NCBI RefSeq assembly: GCF_001194135.2
Contig: NC_068984.1
Span: forward strand, 65,654,330-65,709,799
Length of the DNA stretch: 55,470 nucleotides
DNA from: Octopus bimaculoides
Lineage: Eukaryota
Reading direction: 5' to 3'
Shown here: piece after piece, positions 27,870 through 39,344 of the stretch
How the letters are laid out: each line of letters opens with the position of its first letter
Position numbering within the stretch: the stretch's first letter is position 1
Position numbers and translations under genes: made by a program
Notes under the pieces: generated by a model
Told to the model about the DNA's origin: nothing
The model's input: only the letters and a program-made list of their open reading frames with translations
The model's database searches: none

Positions 27870-28229
27870 GCCGGTACGGACATAAAAATAGACACACATG
27901 TACAAAAATATGTACATGCTCATGCAACTTATGTTAAAGTCTATTTCATGTATGTTAATGTACCCACTACTGCAATCCAGGTGAGACAGTGCAGATATGT
28001 GTGATTTGTATAAACTGGACCTATTAAAAGTAACTCCAACATCAGTCTGCACTGGATTGCTGCATCATGGCTCATGCTCTGGAGACTTTTAGAAAAAATC
28101 TTAGTGCCACTTTTTAATAACCACTTTCAATTCAATAACCTATGACTGTACATACTTACACATGTGGAATTATTACGTCTTACTTAGACACGATTTCTCA
28201 AACCAAGTATAAGACTAAGATAAATTTAC

Positions 28230-28321
28230 CTTCACGCCACCCATTATGGTATCTTCTTACTACTTTGAAGCTATTTCTTACACCCATAACACATGACCCA
28301 GAAACTGATACCTTCTTTCTG
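28230..28321 (-). CDS. Candidate exon (RKKVSVSGSCVMGVRNSFKVVRRYHNGWRE), phase 2 to 1
   Basis: taattttgtag acceptor, aag|gtaaat donor; overlaps a plus-strand open frame 28188-28333. Confidence 0.3.
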
Positions 28322-28379
28322 CTACAAAATTAGTTTGTTCTTCCCTTCTTTTTCATCTTAATATTAAGGTTAACTTAAA

Positions 28380-28640
28380 TAAGAAATTCCTGTCATGTAA
28401 AAATCACTGGTGATGGCACCATGTAAAAAACACCCAGCACACTCTGTAAAGGGCATCCAGATGTAGAAACCGAGTCCAAACAGACTACAAAACTTGGAGG
28501 GGCATCAGATCTTACTAGCTCCTGTCAAGTCATTCAATCCATGCCAGCATGGAAAATGGACATTAAATGATGATGATGATGATGATGATGATAACAGCAC
28601 TGATGACACTGATGATGACAATGACGATGATGATGATGAT
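28380..28640 (+). mobile_element. RTE-type 3' tail ending in (GAT)n
   Basis: gggcatccagatgtagaaac...atccatgccagcatggaaaatggacattaaatgatgatg. Confidence 0.8.
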
Positions 28641-28859
28641 TTTTCCAGTAAATCATAGAAACAGGAAGATTTACATCTGAGATTGTACTAAAATTAGTTA
28701 TGGCAGTTCTTTTAACACAAATACATTTTTCACCAGTAAGTCCCCCAAACATAGTATTCCAGTGCTTTTCATGGTGGAGGACTGAGACATGCCCTTTAGA
28801 CCAGATGTGTATTGGGTCTAAAAGAAGCCAAAGTTACCTCAACCATGCTAGAGAAGAAA

Positions 28860-30518
28860 ACAATACACAAAGGTCTTATAATCACACAGAATTCCTCAAG
28901 TACATTACCAACAAACTTCCACATAAATGGCCAGCCACATTTGGAGGTTGAGAGAGATTGAAGCAGATTAAAAAATATGGTGCAAAATTCACAAAAGATC
29001 CAAGCAATATATCAATCATAATAATAATAATAATATTAATAATAATAATGACGATAATGAGCTTGAAGGATTATTACGTACTGTGAAAGTATTCAGTGAT
29101 GACATTAGGATAGAATTTGGTCTTGATAAATGTGCCAAGGTCACTTTCCAGAAAGGGTGAAGACCCAGTGGTGTTCGATGTTGAAACAGTCATAAAAGAA
29201 CTCGAGCAGGAAAAAGCTTACATATACCTTGGAATAAATAAGGAGCACTGGCATTCAACATGCAAGTATGAAAGTGAAGATCAGGAAGAGTGTTACAGGA
29301 GAGTTAAATTCATGTAAATCTGAGTTAAATGCATGTAACAAGGTGTTAACTGTAAATTCCTTAGCAATTTCTGTTGTTATTTACTGTTTCCAAGTGTTGA
29401 ACTGGAATATGTGCGAAATAAGGAAAATTAACAGGAAAATCCATGAGCTGTTGACTCGCAATAAGCTGCACCACCCAAAGGCAGATGCAGATTGTCTTTA
29501 CCTACCCAGAGCTCAAGGAAGTTGAGGCTTCATCCAGTTTGAAATTTCCTACAAAATCACCACAGTTAGACTGGCAAAGTATCTTAAAACATATAACAAT
29601 TAGATGCTAAAGCTCATTGAAAACAACGAAAGACGTAAGAAGCTTCATTTTGTTATGAAGGAGAGCAAAAAATTTTCAAGTGAGTTTATGTATAATGCCC
29701 AAGTTGAACAGCATGAGGGAAGTGAAGCAACTATAGTCGCAAAGAAGGTGAAATCAAAAGTAAGGCAATATGGGGCTTGAACAATTGGCTGATAAGTAGC
29801 GACAAAAACCTCTGCGTGACAAATATGTGGCCCGTAGCAAACAAGATGATGTAGACTGAAGCACACCCACAATGGCTACAGAACTCAAGGATAAAGGCAG
29901 AGAGTGAAAATTTTATCTTGGCTGCCCAAGATCAGAGCTTATTGACCCGGAACTATCAAGCCAATGTGATGAAAAATGGTGTAGACCCAAAGTGCTGATA
30001 CTGCAACGATGTGATAGAAACAGTCAACCACCTAATCTTTGGATGTAAGGTCTTAGCACCTGTAGAGTACAACTCAAGACATGACAGAGTTGGCCAATAT
30101 ATACATTGGATAATGTGTCAGCATTATAAAGTCAAAACTGCTGACAAATGGTATAAGCACCACACTGAGGTAGTAACTGAGGGAGAAAATGTAACTATTC
30201 TTTGGGACTTCCCAGTATGTACAGATTGGACCATCAAGGCATATAAACCAGATATTGTTGTGAAAGACAAAAGAAATAAAGTCTGTTTATTGATTGACAT
30301 GAGCATACCCTGTGGCCATATTTCAGCAAAAGAATTTTATAAGTTCAGAAAATATAAAGATGTGCTAATCAAAATTGAAAAGATGTGGCATCTCAAGATA
30401 GTGACAATACCAATGACTGTAGAAGCACTTGGAATAATCAAAAAAGGAACTGAAAATTATTTAAGAATGATCCCTGGCTTACCACCCATGCAGGAAGTGC
30501 AAATGATTGTCTTAGGTG
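28860..30518 (+). mobile_element. R4/Dong-like non-LTR retrotransposon, 5'-truncated: RT end, CCHC knuckle and restriction-like endonuclease, with stops and frameshifts
   Basis: FSDDIRIEFGLDKCAKVTF, AYIYLGIN, LHHPKADADCLYLPR, C.YC...ETVNHL..GC, RHDRV, ILWDF, KPDIVV..LLID, KYKD. Confidence 0.9.
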
Positions 30519-30789
30519 GTAAGCATGGTCGCTGTAAATTTTCTTTCCTTTTTCTCTTTATTTTATTTGTTTACTTCTCTATTTTTTATTTTTTCCTTTT
30601 TCTCTCTGTCTTCCCCTTTTTCTCTATCATATGACTCTGTAAATGAACAATCCAGTGTGCTTGTTTTAATGGCTTACTAATGTATACAGTATGTTTCTCT
30701 GCTCTAGGTGTCAGGAAGACACTCCGCAAGAAATGAAAACAGAATTGAAAGAAGAATCTAATGAAAATGATAATAATAATAAAAACATG

Positions 30790-31060
30790 CCAGTTATTTG
30801 ATGACAGTGCCTTCTAACAAACGTTTCAACAAAGGAATTTGAAAAACTGTCAAAATATAAGGACTTTGACATTGAGATATCTAGGACATGGCAATTAAAA
30901 GTCAAAGCCATCCCTCTTGTTGTATATGCCCTAGAAATGATCAAGATAGGTAGCGGCAAATTATTTGACCAGATCCCTGGGAAAACAACAATCTATGAGA
31001 CTCAAAAAATTGTGTTGACATCAACTTCCCACATTCTCAGGAAATTTCTCTCCATCTAAG
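30790..31060 (+). mobile_element. Second R4/Dong-like 3' end
   Basis: KEFEKLSKYKDFDIEISRTWQLKVKAIPLVVYALEMIK...QKIVLTSTSHILRKFLSI*. Confidence 0.85.
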
Positions 31061-31356
31061 ACCCTGCCAGAAGATGAAATAAAATACACATCAATCGGAT
31101 AATAATAAAGATAATGGCTTCTGATTTAGGCACAATTTTGAGGGGAGAGTTGTAGTTGATAGCACTGACTTGAATAGATAACCAGTAAATTATTTTCTCG
31201 ACCCCCAAATGAAAGACCAAGTTGACTTCAACATGATCAGAACTCTATTTTCTGTATGTCATGTTAGATTACTATTCCATATATTCGCTGTCCACAATAG
31301 GTGAAGGTTACTTGGTACTAACTATGTTCCCATAAGATATAAAATTACCTTTCTTA

Positions 31357-31406
<50 letters not shown>

Positions 31407-31429
31407 CAATAATAAGATAAAGAACACAT

Positions 31430-31845
31430 AAAAGAAAAAAAAACATATCAGGGTTTACAATATCACACAAAACACAGAAATAACCCTGCTAGGCACAGCT
31501 TACATTCTGCACAAGCATTTTCAGTTTAACAGCACAACACACTCAGTACACTTCCTGCACAACCATCTCTAAATGTTATTATATGCTCACACAGCACATA
31601 CATAACACAATCACCAACCAATAAAGTAACTGACAGAATCACCTCCCAATACTATAACAAAATTCCCACAGCACATATGCTAATCAACAAATGAAACATT
31701 AAAGCAACAAACCAAGAGTAACAAGGCAAATTAGATGTAATATGCACACAGTATCCCAGACTCTAAAAGATAATACTGCACAAACCTAAGGAACATGGAG
31801 GTGCATCTGGATGTGAAATAGTAGGAGTTTTCAAGAAACCAGTGA
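31430..31845 (+). mobile_element. Third R4/Dong-like extreme 3' end plus UTR
   Basis: EITLLGTAYILHK motif; lies between (AAT)n arrays. Confidence 0.6.
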
Positions 31846-31850
31846 AAACA

Positions 31851-31883
<33 letters not shown>

Positions 31884-31932
31884 CCCTTCTACTATAAGCA
31901 CAAGGCCTGAAATTATTATTATTATTATTATA

Positions 31933-32326
31933 GGCGTAGGAGTGGCTGTGTGGTAAGTAGCTTGCTTACGAACCACATGGTCCTGGGTTCAGTCCCACTA
32001 CATGGCATCTTCGGCAAGTGTCTTCTACTATAGCCTCGGGCTGACCAAAGACTTGTGAGTGGATTTGGTAGATGAAAACTGAAAGGAGCCCGTTGTATAT
32101 ATGTAAATATATATGTGTATGTTTGTGTGTCTGTGTTTGTCCTCCCAACATCACTTGACAACTGATGCTGGTGCGTTTACGTCCCTGTAACTTAGTGATT
32201 CGGCAAAAGAGACCAATAGAATAAGTACTAGGCTTACAAAGAATAAGTCCTGGGGTCAATTTGCTCGACTAAAGGCAGTGCGCCAGCATGGCCACAGTCA
32301 CATGACTGAAACAAGTAAAAGAGTAA
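31933..32326 (+). mobile_element. SINE family A, best-preserved full-length copy
   Basis: A box tggctgtgtgg, B box ggttcagtccc, body, tail gtaaaagagtaaa. Confidence 0.92.
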
Positions 32327-32346
32327 ACGATTATTATTATTATTTA

Positions 32347-32558
32347 TGGTGGCAAGCTGACAGAATCGTTAGCATGCTGGGGAAAATGCTTTGCGGTATT
32401 TCATCTGTCTTTACATTCTGAGTTCAAATGCTGCTGAGGTCACCTTTGCCTTTCATCCTTTCAGGATCAATAAAATAAGTTCCAGTTGAATACTGGGGTC
32501 GATGCAATCAATTTATCCCTTCCCCAAACTTGCTGGCCTTGTGCCAAAATTTGAAATC
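32347..32558 (+). mobile_element. SINE family B
   Basis: ggtggcaagctgacagaatcgttagc...gagttcaaatg...tttgcctttcatcctttc...ggccttgtgcc. Confidence 0.88.
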
Positions 32559-33389
32559 AACAATGATATTAATATGCCAATTTGCATTTGTATGTACCTG
32601 ATGCGTGTGTCACACTTAGGAGAAAGAAATTGTTGAAAGAAATTTTGTTGCTTAAATAAAATTTTTTAACTAGATCTCTTGTAATTGCTGGAAGAGATTT
32701 GAAACCACCACCTATGTATTGTATCACTACATTGTAACACCCATGCCTATTGGGCCACCAAAGCAGTAACGATCTTAATGAGAAAATTAAGATACTTAAA
32801 TTTGATGCATGTGTTGAGAAATGGTGAGAGGAAGTGAGAGAGAAATAGAGAGATGACAGCTTGAAACTGTCTTTTTGGAGTGGATAATTATTTGAATTCC
32901 TTTCCACGATTGAACTGAAACTGACCCATGGCTATTAAAGGCCCAACCAAACACATTTATGTCTTCTGCCCATCTAAATTCGACCATACACCACATAACA
33001 TGGTAAGTCTTATATTCTGAAATTTGAATTCTGAATTTGATTTAATTATAATATTACACCTCAGCTAAAAAACATGTTTTCGCTTTCGAATACAACCGTT
33101 TCTTTCTCATTCTCTATTTTTTGTTAAGTAACAATTTCTGTTTTGGTCAGGATTTTTCCAATTTCTTTTTTCTTGTATCAAATGATGGATGAAAGCATTT
33201 AAAAAAAATTAAATTCACAGAGCCGATCAAATTCAAAAATATTAATTCTATTCTTTCCCTTTCCTTAATACTAACAAGAGCATAGTATGAGAGAGATTTG
33301 GCTGTTATTTCTAGCAAATTGAACAGCCACACAGAGTTGTTCAATTAGCTCATTTGTTGATGTGTATAAGTAAACAAAGACTAAAAGAT

Positions 33390-33439
<50 letters not shown>

Positions 33440-33867
33440 GAACGTGTGTGTGTGTGTGTGTGTGTGATAATAAGTGCCATGTGGTGGAAATAAACACAGC
33501 TTTTTCTTTCTATATTTTTTGTTTAGTTACAATTTCTCTGTTTGGTCCTTGTATCAAAATGACGAAAGTATTTTAAAAACATTAAATTCTTAGAACTGAA
33601 CAAAATCAAAAATATTAATTCTATTTTTTTCCCTTTACTCTTTACTTTCCTACAATATAATTAATTACTGTATTCTACATACTGTGCCCTTGCATATTAG
33701 GTGAGTATTTCAGAAATACTTTCACCTTTTAAACAAAGACTGTCTAATACATTCGTATAGGTCTTTCAATTGAAACACTCTAAATCAGTCTGTAGATTTA
33801 GTTTTAAAATATGGTTAATTGCATGAGGGATGCAGCATGAGAGTATCAGTGTAGAAGGAGAGAATGG

Positions 33868-34888
33868 TTGCATGAGGAACAGCAGGAGGACGTAAGGAAT
33901 CAAAATCGTGTGAGGATGAGACAGAGAAGAAACGAAATAAGCCAAGAGGAGAAGGAGCGTATCCTACGACATAGGAGGGAAAGAAATCAGCAAAAGATAG
34001 AACAAATGAGCCAGGACCAAAGCGAAGTGTATTTTCAGAATAAGAGAGACAAAGATTAACAGAATTCAGAACACATGAGTCAAGAGTAAAGGCAGCAGCA
34101 CTTAGAAAATATGAGAAACAGAGTTCAAGAAAGAAGTGAACATATGGATGAAGATGATAGGCAAAATTACCTTCAAAATATGAGAAACAGAGTTCAAGAA
34201 AGAAGGATAAATATGGAAGAAGATGAATCACAGAATTATCTTATGACAGATAGAGCTCAAATAAGAAGACAGAATATAATAAAAGAACAACAAAATTCTC
34301 AATTTATGATTGGTGAGATGAACACAATATGCCCGCACTGTCATGCATGTAGATGTCGACAGGAAGCATTTAATTGCTGCCATAATGGTAAGGTTTCCAT
34401 GCCTAATCTACAAGAATATCCTGACCAATTAAAACAACTTTTGGAGAATACCAACATTGAAAGAATGAACTTTAGACAGAACATCAGAAACTATAACTCA
34501 ATGTACTCATTTACCTCATTTGGAGCCAATGTTACACCAACCCCTGGTCATGGTCCTGTCATAATATACTTTTCTACTATAGGCACAAGTCCTGAAATTT
34601 TTGTGGGGAGGAGGCCAGTCAATTAGATCGACCCCAGTATGCAACTAGTACTTAATTCATTGACCCCCGAAAGGATGAAAGGCAAAGTCAATCTCAGCAG
34701 AATTTGAACTCCGTGCATAAAAGACAGATGAAATACCGCTAAGCATTTCGCCCGGCATGCTTACGATTCTGCCAGCTCACCACCTTTAACTGTCACAATA
34801 TAGAAGCATTTCTCATGGCACCAGCACACAATTTGCAGATGCTTACATATATTCATGTTTTCCATGAATTTTCCACGGGTCTAGGTAG
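33868..34888 (+). mobile_element. Short Helitron derivative: N-terminal part of RepHel and a probable 3' terminus, interrupted by a SINE
   Basis: IGEMNTICPHCHA...CCHNGKVSMP.L..YP..L..LL...FRQNIRNYNSMYSFTSFGA...G.GP is the conserved RepHel N-terminal region; ccatg-aattttc-cacgg hairpin then ctag/gtag at 34862-34888. Confidence 0.85.
34567..34789 (-). mobile_element. SINE family B with 11-bp target-site duplication
   Basis: Flanks ctgtcataata (34556-34566) and ctgtcacaata (34790-34800). Confidence 0.9.
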
Positions 34889-34907
34889 TTATCATTATTA
34901 TTATTAT

Positions 34908-35070
34908 TTCTGAGTGGTTGGCGTTAGGAAAGGCATCCAGCTGTAGAAACTCTGCCAAATTTAGATTGGAGCCTGGTGTTGCCATCCGGTTTCACCAGTC
35001 CTCAGTCAAATCGTCCAACCCATGCTAGCATGGAAAGCGGACGTTAAATGAGGATGATGATGATGATGAT
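34908..35070 (+). mobile_element. RTE-type 3' tail ending in (GAT)n
   Basis: gagtggttggcgttaggaaaggcatccagctgtagaaac...catggaaagcggacgttaaatg. Confidence 0.85.
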
Positions 35071-35169
35071 CATCATCATCATTATTATCATTATTATTTG
35101 CCTTCACATAGTTTCTAAAATCTGGCTTAATTGTCTTTGAAGATCTCTCTCTAACAGGTCTGAGATTTC

Positions 35170-35510
35170 ATATTGAGCATAGATGATGACATCATATTGG
35201 TAGTCAAAGAATTCCACAAAACTTTCATTATTGATACAGCAATCCTTGGTGACCATAATGCAGCAGCTGAAGAAACTGAAAATATTACCAACTAAGAAAA
35301 GTTAAAGAAGTAATTAAAAAGATTGAGGTACATCACTTCTAATGTTATTCCTATAGTTGTAGGAGAACTAGTCCACCCACAAGGAAATGCCACAATTCCT
35401 TGACCAACTTAAAATCAAATATGCTATCAGCACTACACAAAAAGAAAAACAAACCTGCCTTATTAGGTACTACTCATATCCTGCAAAAGGTTTTTTCAGT
35501 CTGAAGTGTC
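35170..35510 (+). mobile_element. Fourth RLE-type (R4-like) 3' remnant
   Basis: DIILVVKEFHKTFIIDTAILGD...PALLGTTHILQKVFSV*. Confidence 0.65.
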
Positions 35511-35590
35511 AGACAAGATGGAGAGACATTAAAAGATAATCAAGCCACTTTTTAGAAACTGTGAAAGATGTGATGACAATAATGATGATG

Positions 35591-35630
<40 letters not shown>

Positions 35631-35654
35631 TAATTATAATAATAACAACAACAG

Positions 35655-35848
35655 CAACAACAACATAGAAAAATACCTTCAGAGTGAGAATGCAGGTTCG
35701 AAATTTCCCCAATACACCTGATGAAGGCTGGAGGGTATATCAGCAGAAACGTTGTGTTATCAACAAAGAAGATGTGGACAAATATCCGTAAATTGTAAAT
35801 AATGTAACTAATGTACATAATTCCTCATTTTTTTGAATATAGAACTGT
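35655..35848 (+). mobile_element. Penelope-type terminal repeat preceded by (AAT)n(AAC)n
   Basis: Homologous to both arms at 52549-53183; contains the hammerhead core. Confidence 0.8.
35714..35757 (+). ncRNA. Minimal hammerhead ribozyme
   Basis: ACAC-CTGATGA-A-GGCTG-loop10-CAGCA-GAAAC-GTT-GTGT; core intact, AACGTT palindromic stem III, one mismatch at base of stem II. Confidence 0.7.
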
Positions 35849-35989
35849 ATTCTGTTAACAGATGTAAGATCAATCAGAATGTGTAGAGAGCACATTAGGA
35901 GTAGACAACATAAATGTAGACAGAAATTAGAAATAAATGAAGGAGAAAAGAAAAAAACAGAATTTAAGGGAGTGAGAATAATGAGCAAT

Positions 35990-36770
35990 TAACGCACTCT
36001 CATTTAACCGGTTGTAAACGATGGAGCTATTTTGGCGGAATCATAGAAATTATCAAGGGTCATGGTATTTGTAGGAAAAGATAACGTGCATCGAAGAGGG
36101 TGGGGAAATATTTTTGGTCAAGTGGGAGAAAAAAGTATGCATGAAGAAAGGGAGAGAGATTGACGAAGGATCGTACCAGTTACTACTAACTTTCAATTAA
36201 GGAACGTATATTGGGAGTGGTGGGCGTGTTTACTTTATTATTGCTGGCGTTAAGATTATTATTTGTTACAGAGTTGAGGGTTGTGTTGTGGGGTTGTATA
36301 ATGTGATAATTATCGTGCCCGGTGGTATATTCTGTGTCGTTCTTTATTTTTGCAAGAAGTATAGTTGGGATTTGTAGTAAATTTAAGGATCTGGTGTTGG
36401 TAGTTCAATTAAAGTTATGAGATTAATTGTTATTTAAGGGGTCAGTTGGTATTTTGAGTTTATATGTACGGAGCTGGGTGGTTGTGTTGTGTTAAGTTAT
36501 AAGGGGGAGGCTAGCTGGTTGTGTATTTCTGAGTTTCCTGCTGTTAAAATGTCGGATAACTCTGGCGATGTTGGTGGAATCGGAGTAGGACGATTTTATA
36601 GATTGGGGCTTAAATATTTTTCTAGGGGTTGTAGATTTAGGGAAATGTTTTTTGTGTAAGGCAAAGAAGAGTTCGTGTACTCGAGCGTGAATATTAAGAG
36701 TGATGCAGGGGAGGTGGAACAAGATAACGTCCTGGGTTCTTCTTTGTTTAATCCGATTAGGGGGGGGTTA
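35990..36770 (-). mobile_element. Penelope-like element ORF remnant (RT C-terminal linker)
   Basis: RRTQDVILFHLPCITLNIHARVHELFFALHKKHFPKSTTPRKIFKPQSIKSSYSDSTNIARVIRHFN aligns to the PLE motif IIWFNPPY...KHFP...KIF...K.SYS...N...I..HN. Confidence 0.75.
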
Positions 36771-36935
36771 ACCGAGTGGGGATAAGTATATGGTGGGTCA
36801 CATTGATACGGAAAAAAGCCACTACTTTTCGTCTCGAAAGCTTTATTTGTAATATTTTTTTACGGATTACCTTGAAGGTAATTTTCTTCCTACACTTCAA
36901 TCCTTGGATCTTATACACACACACACACACACACA

Positions 36936-37918
36936 TACACAGGATCTGGTCAACGTAACGGTGCGCAGTGATACTCTTCCCTCTGCCTGCACCAACATTT
37001 TGGAAATCATGGGGCCTAATTCTCTGATTCAGGCCTATAGCACCCCAACCCATGATGATCTGGCCACTCTAGCGTCTCTCGCATTGACACATGCATCTCT
37101 GTGGTGTTCCTCCTCCTACGCAACACTCACTCCGCCATCCGAGGTGGAAGTGCAGTACTGGCTCTCGTCAGAGAAGTCAATCGAATTACATTGTTGATGC
37201 CGCCATTGTCGATGCTGTGTAGCCCTCTGTAATCGTGCCTGACAGTGGCGGGCGGTGAGGACAGGTCCTCGAGCAGGACGACGGCATTGTTGGCGGCTAG
37301 TAGACGTCGTGCTGTGTCGTCGCTGATGGGTCGCTGTCTAGTGCCAATGGTCTCACGAGTTGTCACTGTAGCCGATCTGAAGCGTTCATAGAGGTGTTGC
37401 AGGTGGATGTGGCGGTCCTGCCTGGGCGTGGTCACCTGCGGGTGCCCTCTGCGGGCAGTCTGCAGTGCTGTCGGTGTTGTTGCATTGCTGTTGCAGGTGA
37501 TAGGTGGTGCTGACATGGATACTGTAAGCTTTCTCATGAAGCAGGGCACGCCCCCTGGTTGCAATCGGCTGATAGCTTGCTCTCTCAGCGCTGCTGATAG
37601 TCGGGTCATACCTGATAAGTCCAATTTACGAATGCCAGGAAATCGGTTCAAGTTTATTTTTATTCCCATAACCTCTATAAGATGCACATGCATTTCAGTT
37701 ATCATGACAGTTGTTTGCGGCTGCTACCTACGGCATTCAACGCATTTGCGCTTCAGGGTCTCATTAAAGGGAAACTTGAAAGGTTACCTGCAATTTCGGT
37801 CTCAGCCATAAACAAGCATGTCTTCGAATATTTAGGCTTACATACCCGAAATAAATCTTCAGATGTTACCATATAACAATGACATTTGAAAAAATTGCGT
37901 TTCCTTTGCGGTCCAATG
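36936..37918 (-). mobile_element. Tc1-family transposon, 3'-truncated and frameshifted
   Basis: TA plus cattggaccgcaaaggaaacgcaa terminus at 37918; RLSAALREQAI, G.P.VTTPRQDRHI, MGWGAIG...RYVDQIL. Confidence 0.88.
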
Positions 37919-38048
37919 TATATTGCAATTATAATGCAGCATAAAGACCATAGAAATTTTCTATCTTTTACTTGTGCCAATATTTAGTAATCAGTCTGCT
38001 GTTGTAAACCTAGTAATCATATATATATTTATCTCAAATTATAATCAG

Positions 38049-38200
38049 TCCTATTCAAAGAGGGGCTAAGTTGGTTAAATCGACCCAAATTTCAACTGGT
38101 ACCTACTTTCTCGACTCCGGAACGATAAAAGTCGAACCCACCAGAATTTTAACCCAGGACGTATAGACGGGCGAATCACCAGTACACATTTACTACGGAG
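38049..38200 (-). mobile_element. Degenerate SINE family B
   Basis: aatcgacccaaatttcaactggtac...aaaagtcgaacccaccagaatttt. Confidence 0.65.
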
Positions 38201-38247
38201 TGCCAATGATTGTAATATATATATATATATATATAGAAAAAAAAAAA

Positions 38248-38422
38248 NNNNNNNNNNNNNNNNNNNNNNNNNNNNNNNNNNNNNNNNNNNNNNNNNNNNN
38301 NNNNNNNNNNNNNNNNNNNNNNNNNNNNNNNNNNNNNNNNNNNNNNNNNNNNNNNNNNNNNNNNNNNNNNNNNNNNNNNNNNNNNNNNNNNNNNNNNNNN
38401 NNNNNNNNNNNNNNNNNNNNNN
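38248..38422. other. Assembly gap
   Basis: N run. Confidence 1.
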
Positions 38423-39344
38423 GGTCATCCCACAAATAATGCAGTTTTTTTATACTTATTTTATACTTCAGAATTAAGATAAAGAAAATTCTTTTTTTAA
38501 TCTAAAATATATCCTCCCTCATTATTTACAAGGTACTTCCATCGATCTGGTTGACTTTCAAAGCCCTTTTTCCAAAATTCACTTGTCAGTGACGAACAAT
38601 ACTCCTCCAGTACTGTTCTGACTATGTCTACATAATTCATATTTCTTCTGTCCAAATGATTCTGAAGATTGTGGGATGAATGATAATGTGATGGGACAGA
38701 TTCCAGTGAATAAGATTGGTGGGGCATCACTTCCAATTCAAAGTATTCCAGCCTTTCGAATGTCATCCACACTGTATGTGGCCGAGCATACAGACCCGGA
38801 AAGCTTGTGAGGAACCCATTGACCCAATTTGCTGACTTTCCGATCTCACGCACTTGTCGATGAATGGTTGAATGACCAAATACAAACGTCTTTGCAAATT
38901 CTTCAACAGTTATCATGGGATTTTGTTCCTCCAAGTTTGCAGGACGCCCTCGTTGAGCTCTACAGGTTTTCCATGACAAGGATCGTCTTCTAAGCTGTAG
39001 TTTCCGACTCGGAATTTCTGGAACTACCGCTGACACTAGCTTGCGCTTATTGTCCGATCTCCATATACTTCGTTAATATTGCTCGCACTTTCCGTTGCGT
39101 TGTTGCCCTTATTGAACTCATAAAGCAAAATATGCCGAATATGCACCTTTGTCACTTCCATTCTAGTTTTGCAAAAATAACTCAAAATCGAACTACAGTC
39201 TTCAAAATTTACACTATGCATAAGTACAAAGTAAAATTACTACATGATATTATAGCAAGTTGACGCAGGTAGTTTATCCCGTCCCTCTTACTTTTAGTCC
39301 ATGCAATTGAAAAAACGCTGCATTATTTATGAGATGACCGAATA
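38423..39344 (-). mobile_element. Internally deleted mariner transposon with both TIRs
   Basis: TIR ggtcatcccacaaataatgcag matches reverse complement of 39310-39339, TA flank on right; MEVTKVHIRHILLYEFNKG, ARPHT, DRWKYLVNNEGGYILD. Confidence 0.92.

Noticed and set aside
32600-33002. Coding-like patch with gtgaga and gtaagt donors on the plus strand
   Set aside because: Every acceptor-donor pairing tried contained a stop; left unassigned though worth checking with RNA-seq
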